Assembly: GCA_964487685.1 (NCBI GenBank)
Contig: CAZASA010000001.1
Span: 2,855-66,854 of the forward strand
DNA: 64,000 nucleotides
DNA from: an uncultured Planctomycetales bacterium
GTDB lineage: Bacteria > Omnitrophota > Gorgyraeia > Zapsychrales > Fredricksoniimonadaceae
Direction: 5' to 3'
Below the pieces are notes generated by a model that ran no database searches, was not told the origin of the DNA, and worked only from the letters and a program-made list of their open reading frames with translations. The position numbers were made by a program, and so were the translations under genes. Shown here piece by piece: positions 1 to 9,039 of the stretch (its first letter is position 1; every line of letters begins with the position of its first letter).

Positions 1-1
1 T

Positions 2-592
2 GCAGGGATCCGGCGTATCGTGTTCTTGTTGGGGTATAAGGCCGATAGTGTGGTCGATCATTACAGGAAGAACAAGATCATAGGCCTGGAAGTTGACTAT
101 TCTATAGGCCAAGAGGAAGACCAGACCGGGCGGCGCCTGATCAATGCCTATGAAAAGTTAGAAGAGAAGTTTTTGCTTTTATATGGTGATAATTATTGGC
201 CGGTCCCGCTAGATAAGATGAGGAAAAATTATGAACGATTACAGGTTCCTTTGACGACAACGGTCTTTAGTAATAAGAACGGGACCGGAGAGTATGGTCT
301 TGGGAATAATGTGATCGTCGATCACGATGGCAGGGTGAAAGCATATGATAAAGGCCGCCGGATGCCCGGCTTAAATGGGGTGGACATAGGTTTCTTTTTG
401 GTCGACAAGAAGGTCATTGACCGTCATGAACCGGGTAATATCTCATTTGAAGAAGTTATATTATCAAAAATGGCAGCCCAGGGAAATTTGGGGGCATTCA
501 TCACGGATGAGCAGTATTACTATATTACGTCAATTGAAGATTTAAGGGGTTTTGAGAAGCTTGTCGGACAAAAGGCGATCGCAGCATTTTAA
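2..592 (+). CDS. Sugar-phosphate nucleotidyltransferase, HddC-like (heptose-1-phosphate guanylyltransferase family); 5' end cut by window edge
   Basis: Frame is open from base 2 (AGIRRIVFLLGYK...), so the GTG at 20 is internal. Nucleotidyltransferase-like body (LLYGDNYW, VDIGFF). Sits beside a SIS isomerase and a GHMP kinase. Confidence 0.65.
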   Translation, partial: AGIRRIVFLLGYKADSVVDHYRKNKIIGLEVDYSIGQEEDQTGRRLINAYEKLEEKFLLLYGDNYWPVPLDKMRKNYERLQVPLTTTVFSNKNGTGEYGLGNNVIVDHDGRVKAYDKGRRMPGLNGVDIGFFLVDKKVIDRHEPGNISFEEVILSKMAAQGNLGAFITDEQYYYITSIEDLRGFEKLVGQKAIAAF

Positions 593-609
593 CTAAGAAA
601 GGTCTTGAT

Positions 610-1149
610 ATGGATTATGGCGTTCGGTTGAAGGAATTGGCGGATCATATCAATGCGGTTGACCACCAATCCCTGGATAAAATAAAAGATTTGATCATCG
701 GGGCCTCGAAGCGCGGGGGAAAGGTCATCATTGCAGGTAACGGGGGAAGCGCTGCTATCGCAAGCCATGTGGCTGTTGATCTGACCAAGGCCGCGGGGAT
801 CAGGTCCATTAATTTCAATGAAGCGGACCTCATCACCTGTTTTGCCAATGATTATGGGTATGAGCATTGGGTTGAGAAGGCTTTAGAGTCTTACGCTGAT
901 AGTAAGGACCTTGTTATTTTGATCAGCAGCAGCGGCCAATCTCCCAATATGATCAATGCTGCCCAAAAAGCAAAAGCCATGGCGCTTGTGGTCGTCACCT
1001 TGACAGGCTTTCATGATGACAACAGTTTGAAAAAACTAGGGAATATCAATCTTTGGGTCAATAATTCACACTATAACACCGTTGAAGGAGCGCATCAGGC
1101 ATGGCTCCTGTCGATCGTCGATGAGATCGCGCTACAAAAGGGAAAATAA
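610..1149 (+). CDS. gmhA: Phosphoheptose (sedoheptulose-7-phosphate) isomerase, SIS domain
   Basis: 179 aa. Motifs GNGGSAAIASHVAVDL and ISSSGQSPN are typical of GmhA/SIS proteins. Confidence 0.75.
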   Translation: MDYGVRLKELADHINAVDHQSLDKIKDLIIGASKRGGKVIIAGNGGSAAIASHVAVDLTKAAGIRSINFNEADLITCFANDYGYEHWVEKALESYADSKDLVILISSSGQSPNMINAAQKAKAMALVVVTLTGFHDDNSLKKLGNINLWVNNSHYNTVEGAHQAWLLSIVDEIALQKGK

Positions 1150-1153
1150 TACT

Positions 1154-2185
1154 ATGAAGGTGCTTGTCACAGGCAATCAAGGGTATATCGGCAGTGTTTT
1201 AACAGATATGCTCTTGGAAAAAAAATACGAAGTGGTGGGTTACGATATCGGTTATTACGCGAATTGCCTGATGCACACCTATGACCCTAAGATCAAGCAG
1301 ATTACTAAAGATATCCGTGATATCAACGAAGGTGACATGAAGGGTATTGATGCGGTCATCCATCTGGCGGCCCTTTCCAATGATCCGCTGGGCGAACTGG
1401 CCCCGGGCTTGACGGAAGAGATCAATTTTGGCGGGACGATCAGCGCGGCAGTTGCCGCCAAGAAAGCAGGGGCCAAGAGGTTCATTTATTCCTCGTCACA
1501 GAGTATGTACGGTATTTCAAAATTAGATGCTGAGCTCGAGGAAGATAATAGCGAAAAACATCCTTTGACGGCCTATGCCCGTACCAAATGGGAAGCAGAG
1601 TGTGCCTTGGCCAAGATCGCGGACAAGGATTTTCATGTGATCGCATTTCGGCCTTCGACTGTATTTGGGGCCAGCCCGCGCTTGCGCTGTGATATTGTTT
1701 ATAATAATCTGGTCGCTTGCGCGTATACGACGGGCAAAATAGAGATCAAAAGTGACGGCACCCCTTGGCGGCCGGTGGTCCATGTGAAGGATGTGTCAAA
1801 CGCGTATATCGCCGGGCTCGAGGCGCCCTTGGAACTTGTTTCAGGGCAGGCCTTTAATGTGGGATTACCAAACGGCAATTTTACGGTCAGGGATTTGGCC
1901 CAAGCGGCCCAACGAGCTGTGTCAGGAAGTTCTTTGGTGTTCACCGGCGAGCATGGTAATGATTCCCGGACTTATCGGGTAGGATTTAAGAAAATTTTAT
2001 CGGTACTTAAGGATTATTTCAAACCGGAATGGGACTTGGACCGCGGCGGAAAGGAATTGGTGGATTTTTTTAAGAGGACCAATTTTAAGGAAGAGGATTT
2101 TCGAGGGGCCAGGTGTGTACGTTTAAAACAGATCAAGGCACTTCAGGAGGCCCATAAGATCAATGGAGAACTGCGTATTGTTTGA
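1154..2185 (+). CDS. NAD-dependent nucleotide-sugar epimerase/dehydratase (SDR)
   Basis: The ATG at 1154 gives MKVLVTGNQGYIGS (Rossmann motif). YARTK matches YxxxK. The track start at 1082 overlaps gmhA and looks like an artefactual extension. Confidence 0.8.
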   Translation: MKVLVTGNQGYIGSVLTDMLLEKKYEVVGYDIGYYANCLMHTYDPKIKQITKDIRDINEGDMKGIDAVIHLAALSNDPLGELAPGLTEEINFGGTISAAVAAKKAGAKRFIYSSSQSMYGISKLDAELEEDNSEKHPLTAYARTKWEAECALAKIADKDFHVIAFRPSTVFGASPRLRCDIVYNNLVACAYTTGKIEIKSDGTPWRPVVHVKDVSNAYIAGLEAPLELVSGQAFNVGLPNGNFTVRDLAQAAQRAVSGSSLVFTGEHGNDSRTYRVGFKKILSVLKDYFKPEWDLDRGGKELVDFFKRTNFKEEDFRGARCVRLKQIKALQEAHKINGELRIV

Positions 2186-3413
2186 AACTATTACAAATTG
2201 CCGGGCCTGCGGCCAGGAAGGCCTGGTTGATATCCTGCATTTAGGGGAACAACCGTTGGCCAACGCCTTGGTTCATCCTGGCAATGAAAAAATAAACAAG
2301 GTCCCTCTTTCGACGGCATTTTGCTCAAACTGTGCTCTTTTTCAACTTAAGGAAACAGTCAGTAAGGAAGTCCTTTTTGATCATTATGTTTGGGTGACCA
2401 AAACCGCCAAGGGCGCTCGTGAATATGCTGAAATTTTTACCGACCGGGTAGTCCAACGCGCAGGGCTTAAAGCCAAAGAACTTATCTTTGAAATAGCATC
2501 TAACGACGGCACGATATTAAAGCAGTTCATGGCCAAGGGGATATCCGTGGTCGGGGTTGAACCCGCGAAGAATATTGCCGCCATGGCCTCTCAAGATGGA
2601 GTGAGGACAGAATGCGCGTATTGGAATGTCGCAACAGCCAAACGTTTGGTCGGGCAATACGGCAAACCGAAAATTATTATCGCGCGTAATATAATTCCTC
2701 ACGTTAGCCAACTTCATGATGTGATCGAGGCCATCGCCCAGGCGCTTGGTGATGATGGAGTGGGGGTCATTGAATTTCATAGCGGCACTATCATTGCTGA
2801 GGAACTTCACTACGATTCGATCTATCATGAGCATTTATGTTATTTTACCGCCCATTCGTTGGGATGGTTATTAAAGGATCATGGGTTTTATCCTTTTGCT
2901 GTTGACATAAGTCCGATCAGCGGAGGATCACTGGTACTTTATTTTTCTAAGTCCAAGCGCGCCCCGGAACCCGGCTATCTTGATGTTCTTGAAAAAGAGA
3001 AGAGATCAGGCGTCAATGATCGGGCGGTTTGGGAGAATTTTGCCAAAGACGCCAATATCCATCGGGACAAGACCTTGGGTTTATTGAGCAGTTTAAAGGA
3101 AAAGGTGATCATTGGTTTTGGTTCTTCAGCCCGAAGTTCTACCTATATTAATTTTTGCGGGATAGGGAAGAATTTCTTAGAGGCGATCATAGATAATAAT
3201 CCTTTAAAGCAGGGACTTATGACACCGGCAGGTGATGTGCCTATCGTTTCTTTTGAACAGGGCATGGCCTTAAAACCGGATGTGATCTTTGTGTTGGCCT
3301 GGAATTTTGGACAGGAGATCATGGATGAATGCACGCAACACGGGTTTACAGGGCAATTCATCATGCCATTTCCTAAAGAACCGCGTTTGATCGCGCCATT
3401 AGTGAGGGTATAG
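2163..3413 (+). CDS. NDP-sugar C-methyltransferase (TylC3-type architecture)
   Basis: N-terminal Cys cluster (CRACG ... CSNC). Central class I methyltransferase fold (FEIASNDG). Long C-terminal domain. 416 aa, as in NDP-hexose C-methyltransferases. Confidence 0.7.
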   Translation: MENCVLFETITNCRACGQEGLVDILHLGEQPLANALVHPGNEKINKVPLSTAFCSNCALFQLKETVSKEVLFDHYVWVTKTAKGAREYAEIFTDRVVQRAGLKAKELIFEIASNDGTILKQFMAKGISVVGVEPAKNIAAMASQDGVRTECAYWNVATAKRLVGQYGKPKIIIARNIIPHVSQLHDVIEAIAQALGDDGVGVIEFHSGTIIAEELHYDSIYHEHLCYFTAHSLGWLLKDHGFYPFAVDISPISGGSLVLYFSKSKRAPEPGYLDVLEKEKRSGVNDRAVWENFAKDANIHRDKTLGLLSSLKEKVIIGFGSSARSSTYINFCGIGKNFLEAIIDNNPLKQGLMTPAGDVPIVSFEQGMALKPDVIFVLAWNFGQEIMDECTQHGFTGQFIMPFPKEPRLIAPLVRV

Positions 3414-3417
3414 TGTG

Positions 3418-3972
3418 ATGGAAATAGTGCCTCTAAAAATAGATGGAGCATTTCGGATCGTCTTGGAGGTGCATCGTGATGAACGTGGATTTTTTACCAG
3501 GACCTATGATCAGGCTGAAATGATGAAACGTGGGCTTGTGACGCAATGGGTCCAGGAAAGCCATTCATTCTCGGCGAAAAAAGGGACTATCCGCGGCCTT
3601 CATTTTCAGCTTCCGCCGCAAGCGGAAACAAAATTGGTCAGGGCTGGGCAAGGGAGTATCTTCATGGTTTTGTTGGATCTAAGGGCGGGATCAAAAACAT
3701 TTGGCTCTTGGGAAAGTGCCACTATTTGCATGGAACAGCCCGAACTTTTGTACGCGCCTAAAGGGATCGCCATGGGTATGTGCACCATGACCGATAATTG
3801 TTCATTGCTGTACAAAATGGACACATTTTATGAACCTAAAAATGCGAGGACCGTGCGTTGGAATGACCCGGTATTAGCCATTCCCTGGCCGGTGAAAGAC
3901 CCGGTCATTTCGGATAAAGATAAGGCAGCGCCATTATTAAAAGAATTTCTGGCACATGAAGGGGCCCTATGA
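3418..3972 (+). CDS. RmlC-family NDP-4-keto-sugar 3,5-epimerase (cupin)
   Basis: Motifs DERGFFTRTY and IRGLHFQ. About 184 aa. A GTG at 3415 or the ATG at 3418 are both possible starts. Confidence 0.8.
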   Translation: MEIVPLKIDGAFRIVLEVHRDERGFFTRTYDQAEMMKRGLVTQWVQESHSFSAKKGTIRGLHFQLPPQAETKLVRAGQGSIFMVLLDLRAGSKTFGSWESATICMEQPELLYAPKGIAMGMCTMTDNCSLLYKMDTFYEPKNARTVRWNDPVLAIPWPVKDPVISDKDKAAPLLKEFLAHEGAL

Positions 3973-4838
3973 AGGTCCTTATTACCGGCATCACAGGTTT
4001 TATTGGGCAACGATTGTTTAAGCAGTTGGGTGCCAAGGATGATATCTATGTGATTTGCCGCAAGCCGGTGATAGGCTTCCCTAAGAATGTTTCAGTGATG
4101 GTGGCTGATCTTAATGGGTCAGGGCAGTTATATGATAATTTAAAGATCATCCGGCCTGATGTATGTGTGCATTTGGCTTGGGAAGGGATCCCTGATTACG
4201 GATATATTACTTCCCGGCGGAATTTGGACCATGCATCAGCCCTGTGGCATCATCTGGTGGAAGAATGCGGGTGTTCCAAGATCATTGCGACGGGATCTTG
4301 CTGGGAGTACGGCAAGTCGTCAGGCGTATGCCGCGAAGAGGACCTGGTCACAACAGATTCATATTTTTCCTGGGCTAAGCATTCGCTGTACGATCTCGGT
4401 TCTCTGCTTGCAGTAAAATATGGGATAACTTTTAATTGGGCCAGGATATTTTATGCCTATGGTCCAGGGCAGCGGGGTGGCGCGCTCATCCCCATGATCA
4501 AGGATGCGCTAAAGAAAAATGAACAGCCGAAGATTAAGATGCCGTATAATGCCAATGATTTTGTCCATGTGGATGATATTGCCCAAGCGTTGAATTTGTT
4601 CGTGCATCAGAATATATCCAGCGGGATTTATAATCTTGGTTCAGGCAGATCAACACCGGTTTGGCAGGTCTGTGAATATCTTGAGAAGGCTTTAGGCAGG
4701 CCACCGTTATTTGCAAAGAAATTGCAGGAAGTAAAACAAAAGCCAGTGGTTGATTTTTGGGCGGATATGTCCAAGACATCAAAAGCTTTGGGTTGGAGCC
4801 CAAAAATTGGTATTGAGGAAGGGATAGGTCATCTATGA
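3969..4838 (+). CDS. NAD-dependent epimerase/dehydratase/reductase (SDR)
   Basis: MKVLITGITGFIGQ Rossmann motif. 289 aa. 4-nt overlap with the upstream gene. Confidence 0.75.
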   Translation: MKVLITGITGFIGQRLFKQLGAKDDIYVICRKPVIGFPKNVSVMVADLNGSGQLYDNLKIIRPDVCVHLAWEGIPDYGYITSRRNLDHASALWHHLVEECGCSKIIATGSCWEYGKSSGVCREEDLVTTDSYFSWAKHSLYDLGSLLAVKYGITFNWARIFYAYGPGQRGGALIPMIKDALKKNEQPKIKMPYNANDFVHVDDIAQALNLFVHQNISSGIYNLGSGRSTPVWQVCEYLEKALGRPPLFAKKLQEVKQKPVVDFWADMSKTSKALGWSPKIGIEEGIGHL

Positions 4839-5839
4839 TCATTTCAAGGACACCATTGCGGATGAGTTTTTCAGGAGGCGGTTCGGACATCCCGGATTAT
4901 TATAAAAACCGCCAGGGGGCTGTTGTGTCCACGGCGATTAATAAATATATCTACATCACGGTCAACCAGAAATTCGATGACCTGATCCGTGTCAGCTATT
5001 CGAAAACGGAAAATGTTAAATCACTCGATGAAGTTGAACATAATATTATCCGTGAAGCGTTGAAGCTCGTTGGTATCACTAAGGGCATCGAAGTGGTTTA
5101 TATGGGGGATATTCCTTTGGGGTCCGCGGGGATAGGGCTGGGTTCTTCAAGCAGTTTGGCTGTCGGTGTCCTCAATGCGCTTTATGCCTATCAGGGACGG
5201 CATGTCTCCGGTGATCGCCTGGCCCGTGAAGCCTGTGATATCGAACTGAATATCCTAAAGAACCCTATCGGAAAACAGGACCAGTACATCGCGGCTTACG
5301 GGGGTTTTCAGCATATTCAATTTAACAGCGATGAAAGCGTATTTGTGGACCCGGTCATTTTTCCGTCGGAATCTAAAAAAGCATTGAATGAGAAGCTCCT
5401 GTTGTTTTACACAGGGACCACTCGGATATCATCTTCGATCCTTAAAGAGCAGGGACAAAATACACCCAGGAATTTGGGATATCTAGATGAGATGGTAGCA
5501 CTTTCGCGTAAGCTTTTAAAGAAACTCCAGGCTAATGACTTATATGGTTTCGGGGAGATCCTGCATGAGGGTTGGGAGCTTAAGAAAAAACTTGCCAGCG
5601 GGGTGACCAACAATGAGATCGATCAGTATTACTCCAAAGCATTGAAAGCTGGTGCCGTGGGCGGAAAGCTTTTAGGGGCCGGAGGGGGAGGTTTCCTGCT
5701 TTTTTATTGTGAAGAAGACAAGCAGGCCGGGGTACGTAAAGCACTTGCTGATCTTAAAGAAACTCCTTTTAATTTTGAGCCTCAAGGAAGCAAGATCATC
5801 TATGTCAGTGATTGTGATAAAGAAAGGCCAATAAGATGA
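4835..5839 (+). CDS. GHMP sugar kinase, HddA-like (heptose-7-phosphate kinase family)
   Basis: N-terminus MIISRTPLRMSFSGGGSD. GHMP motif PLGSAGIGLGSSSS. C-terminal GAGGGGF. Confidence 0.75.
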   Translation: MIISRTPLRMSFSGGGSDIPDYYKNRQGAVVSTAINKYIYITVNQKFDDLIRVSYSKTENVKSLDEVEHNIIREALKLVGITKGIEVVYMGDIPLGSAGIGLGSSSSLAVGVLNALYAYQGRHVSGDRLAREACDIELNILKNPIGKQDQYIAAYGGFQHIQFNSDESVFVDPVIFPSESKKALNEKLLLFYTGTTRISSSILKEQGQNTPRNLGYLDEMVALSRKLLKKLQANDLYGFGEILHEGWELKKKLASGVTNNEIDQYYSKALKAGAVGGKLLGAGGGGFLLFYCEEDKQAGVRKALADLKETPFNFEPQGSKIIYVSDCDKERPIR

Positions 5840-6702
5840 AGGTTTTTGTGACCGGAGCCGAAGGATTTGTCGGTAAAAGGCTTGTCGCACGGCTGAAGGA
5901 AAAAAGTATCGAAGTCACGGCCGTTGATATCGTAACGTCACCGGGCTCATCCGTGAAGAGCGCGGATATCAAGTCCCGGAACATAGGTGAACTTATCCCC
6001 GAGGGGGTCGATGCCATTATCCATCTGGCGGGCTTGACCCGTACTCCGGATTGTCAGAATAAAGGCTATGCTTGCTTTGAGGCTAATGTGATGGCCACAT
6101 TAAACCTTATTGATGCGGCCGAGGCCCGTAAGGTTAAGCAATTTATTTTTGCTTCCAGCGAGTGGGTTTACGGTGAATGGAAGGACACGTCACTTATTAA
6201 GAATGAAGACACCCCTTTAGATGGGCATGCATTGAGTTCAGAGTATGCTTTTTCGAAGTTGGTCAGTGAAGTGAATTTGAAACAAAAATATCAATATGGT
6301 TTTTGTCCAACTACTATTTTGCGCTTCGGGATCATCTACGGGCCCCGTGAAAAGAACTGGTCAGCCATTGAGTCTGTTTTTAATGCCGTTAAGACCCAGC
6401 AGGAGGTCAAGGTGGGGTCATTAAAAACAGGAAGATGCTTTATTCACGTCGAAGATATTGTATCAGGTATTGTGGCTTCCTTAGGTCTGCAGGGATTTAA
6501 TATCATCGACCTGCAAGGAGAAAAGCTTATAACCCTCGGTGATATTATTGAAACTTCAAAGAAAATCTTAGGCAAGGACCCGAAGGTGGTAGAAACCTCA
6601 CCGGATAATTATAATTTGCGTAACATCACTAATACAAAAGCAAGGAAAATGCTTGGGTGGAAGCCTGCTTTTGGTCTTCAAGAGGGATTAAAAAGTTTAT
6701 GA
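5836..6702 (+). CDS. NAD-dependent epimerase/dehydratase (SDR)
   Basis: MKVFVTGAEGFVGK Rossmann motif. YAFSK matches YxxxK. Confidence 0.75.
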   Translation: MKVFVTGAEGFVGKRLVARLKEKSIEVTAVDIVTSPGSSVKSADIKSRNIGELIPEGVDAIIHLAGLTRTPDCQNKGYACFEANVMATLNLIDAAEARKVKQFIFASSEWVYGEWKDTSLIKNEDTPLDGHALSSEYAFSKLVSEVNLKQKYQYGFCPTTILRFGIIYGPREKNWSAIESVFNAVKTQQEVKVGSLKTGRCFIHVEDIVSGIVASLGLQGFNIIDLQGEKLITLGDIIETSKKILGKDPKVVETSPDNYNLRNITNTKARKMLGWKPAFGLQEGLKSL

Positions 6703-7625
6703 CCATGGAATTCAAAAAAGAAGTCTTGCATAAATTCCTGCGGCTAAGGATGGCCCAGCTCATCATCAATGAGATGTATAAAAAAGGAGCTTTCAAGGTC
6801 CCGATCCATTTGGCCTTGGGTCATGAAGCGATCGCCATTGCCATAAGTACAGTCATGGGGCCGCATGACCAGCTCGTCCTCAACCACCGTAACATCCATT
6901 ACAATTTGGCCAAGGTGCATTCGTTAAAGTCCGAGATCGATGAATATTTATTGAAAGAAGAGGGCCTGGCAGGCGGCCAGTTAGGTTCAATGAATCTCAT
7001 CAATGAAGGGCAAGGTATTGTTTATTCATCGAGCATTTTAGGGAACAATCTGTCGGTAGCTGCCGGATTTGCCATGGCCAAGAGCATTAAAAAAGATGAG
7101 GGCATTGTCATGGTTGTCACAGGGGACGGGGCTATGGAAGAAGGGACTTTTTACGAAAGTATGGTCTTTGAGAAAAGCAATGGTCTTCCCATCCTCATCA
7201 TTGTTGAGAATAATCAATGGTCGCTGGGGACAAAGATTGAGGAACGTCGTTGCCCCATTGATATCGGCAAATTGGTCGGGGCCCTTGGGATACCCTTTGA
7301 GCAACTGTCTTCCAATGATACCTATGAGTATATTGAAAAGCTAACGGCCTTAAAGGCCCAAGCTTTGAATGAAAAAACACCGGTGTGCATTGAGGTGCCG
7401 CTGACAACCTTGGGATGGTGGCGTCAGAAAACAGATGAATTTCCTGAAGGCAAATTTATCAATTACCATGCCGGCCCCTCACCTTCAGTCAATGAGCAGG
7501 AAGACCCTTACCTGGCGCGCTCTAGCGAAGACCCCTTGTTTGTGCTGGAGAAATATTTCGGTGAAGAGACTATCAGGAAGCTGGCCGGGAACACCCTGGC
7601 CCTTCTTAAAAAGGAATTGGCATGA
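6699..7625 (+). CDS. Thiamine-diphosphate-dependent dehydrogenase E1 component, alpha subunit-like
   Basis: TPP motif GDGAMEEGTFYESMVFEKSNGLPILIIVENN. The ATG at 6699 overlaps the upstream TGA (ATGA). Confidence 0.75.
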   Translation: MTMEFKKEVLHKFLRLRMAQLIINEMYKKGAFKVPIHLALGHEAIAIAISTVMGPHDQLVLNHRNIHYNLAKVHSLKSEIDEYLLKEEGLAGGQLGSMNLINEGQGIVYSSSILGNNLSVAAGFAMAKSIKKDEGIVMVVTGDGAMEEGTFYESMVFEKSNGLPILIIVENNQWSLGTKIEERRCPIDIGKLVGALGIPFEQLSSNDTYEYIEKLTALKAQALNEKTPVCIEVPLTTLGWWRQKTDEFPEGKFINYHAGPSPSVNEQEDPYLARSSEDPLFVLEKYFGEETIRKLAGNTLALLKKELA

Positions 7626-8590
7626 AATACGTTGAATTTATAAATGATATCCTCAAGAAAAAAATATTGGAGCCGGAGCATATCCTTCTTTTCGGGCAGA
7701 ATATCTCAGCGGGCTCATGCATTTCCGGTTTTACGCGGGGGCTCAAGGTCAAGCCTGGCGGACGCATCATCAATACGCCTAACTGCGAGAATACTTTATG
7801 CGGTATCGGCTTTGGCTCCATGATGAACGGTGTACCCGCTATATTTTTTATGAAACAGCAGGATTTTTTATTGCTGGGCATTGACCAATTGGTCAATACT
7901 TATAATATAATCCGGCGAACAACCCCCAAGGCCTCATTTACCATCATGCCGGTGATCGTGGACAGCGGCTATGAAGGGCCCCAGTCCGCGTTGAATAATT
8001 TAGCTGATTTTTGTTCCATTGCCCGTATTCCCGGCTACACCGTCACCAATAAGATCGACGCCCAGGAGATCATCAACAAATATTTGATCGCGCCTGGTTT
8101 TAGGATCATCGGGATCAGCCAGCGATTGTTCAAAACAGAGATCATTGATGTGCCATGTGTCCATATGAATGAGGAGCGCTCGATCTTTCAATATACCAAG
8201 GGAGGGGACGTTACCATCGTCTGTTTTAATTTGTCCCTGCCTCACGGCCTGGAGATCCATCGGCGGATGGTCCAAAAGGACGTGCAGGCCTCAGTTTTTT
8301 CCATTAACGCGGCCATGCCCATCCCATGGGATGAGATCGTTGCCAATGTCCAAAAGACCAAACAGGTGATCATCATTGACGATCTTAAAAGTATCAATGC
8401 TCCCTGGCAAAGTCTATTAAATGCCTTGTACTCCCAAACAAAGATGAAGAGTCCTATCGTTGTTCAGCGGTCTTTTGAGGGGTATTGGTGCCGTCCCCAT
8501 CATGACCAGCTGCAGATGGATTACGATCGTGTCATTTCAGACCTTGATCTACAGAAGGATTTTGTCAGCGGAAAGGGCGGCGCCGCATGA
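7622..8590 (+). CDS. E1 component beta subunit-like (transketolase-type pyrimidine-binding/C-terminal domains)
   Basis: 322 aa. Directly coupled to the alpha subunit. Contains NCENTLCGIGFGSMMNGVPAIFFMKQQDFLLLGIDQLVN, an E1-beta-like core. Confidence 0.65.
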   Translation: MKYVEFINDILKKKILEPEHILLFGQNISAGSCISGFTRGLKVKPGGRIINTPNCENTLCGIGFGSMMNGVPAIFFMKQQDFLLLGIDQLVNTYNIIRRTTPKASFTIMPVIVDSGYEGPQSALNNLADFCSIARIPGYTVTNKIDAQEIINKYLIAPGFRIIGISQRLFKTEIIDVPCVHMNEERSIFQYTKGGDVTIVCFNLSLPHGLEIHRRMVQKDVQASVFSINAAMPIPWDEIVANVQKTKQVIIIDDLKSINAPWQSLLNALYSQTKMKSPIVVQRSFEGYWCRPHHDQLQMDYDRVISDLDLQKDFVSGKGGAA

Positions 8591-9030
8591 TCACACAATT
8601 AAGGCATGTGGGGGTGGTGGTGAGCAATTTAGAAAAAAGCCTGCATTTTTACAAGGATTTATTAGGTTTTAAAATAAGAAAGGAAATGGAAGAAGAAGGC
8701 CCTTATATTGACGCTATTTTGGGATTGAAAAATGTCCGCTTAAAAACGGCCAAATTAATGCCTCCTCCGGGAGGGGGTGGTGTGGAGCTTCTCTATTATT
8801 ACTCACCCACATCCCCGCAAAGAGCCCCCTGTGCCATTCATGAGAGGGCGATCACCCATTTCGCCTTGACCATCGAGAACTTGGATCAGGAATATCACCG
8901 TCTCTTGGGCCAAGGGGTCAAATTCATTTCTTCTCCCCAAATTGCACCTGACGGGGGAGCCAAGGTCGTTTTTTGTCTTGACCCCGACGGGAATTACATT
9001 GAATTAACCGAAGAACTTCGTAAGAAATAA
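8587..9030 (+). CDS. VOC (glyoxalase/bleomycin-resistance/dioxygenase fold) family protein
   Basis: HVGVVVSNLEKSLHFYKDLLGF at the N-terminus and DPDGNYIEL near the C-terminus. Confidence 0.7.
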   Translation: MITQLRHVGVVVSNLEKSLHFYKDLLGFKIRKEMEEEGPYIDAILGLKNVRLKTAKLMPPPGGGGVELLYYYSPTSPQRAPCAIHERAITHFALTIENLDQEYHRLLGQGVKFISSPQIAPDGGAKVVFCLDPDGNYIELTEELRKK

Positions 9031-9039
9031 AGGAAACGG

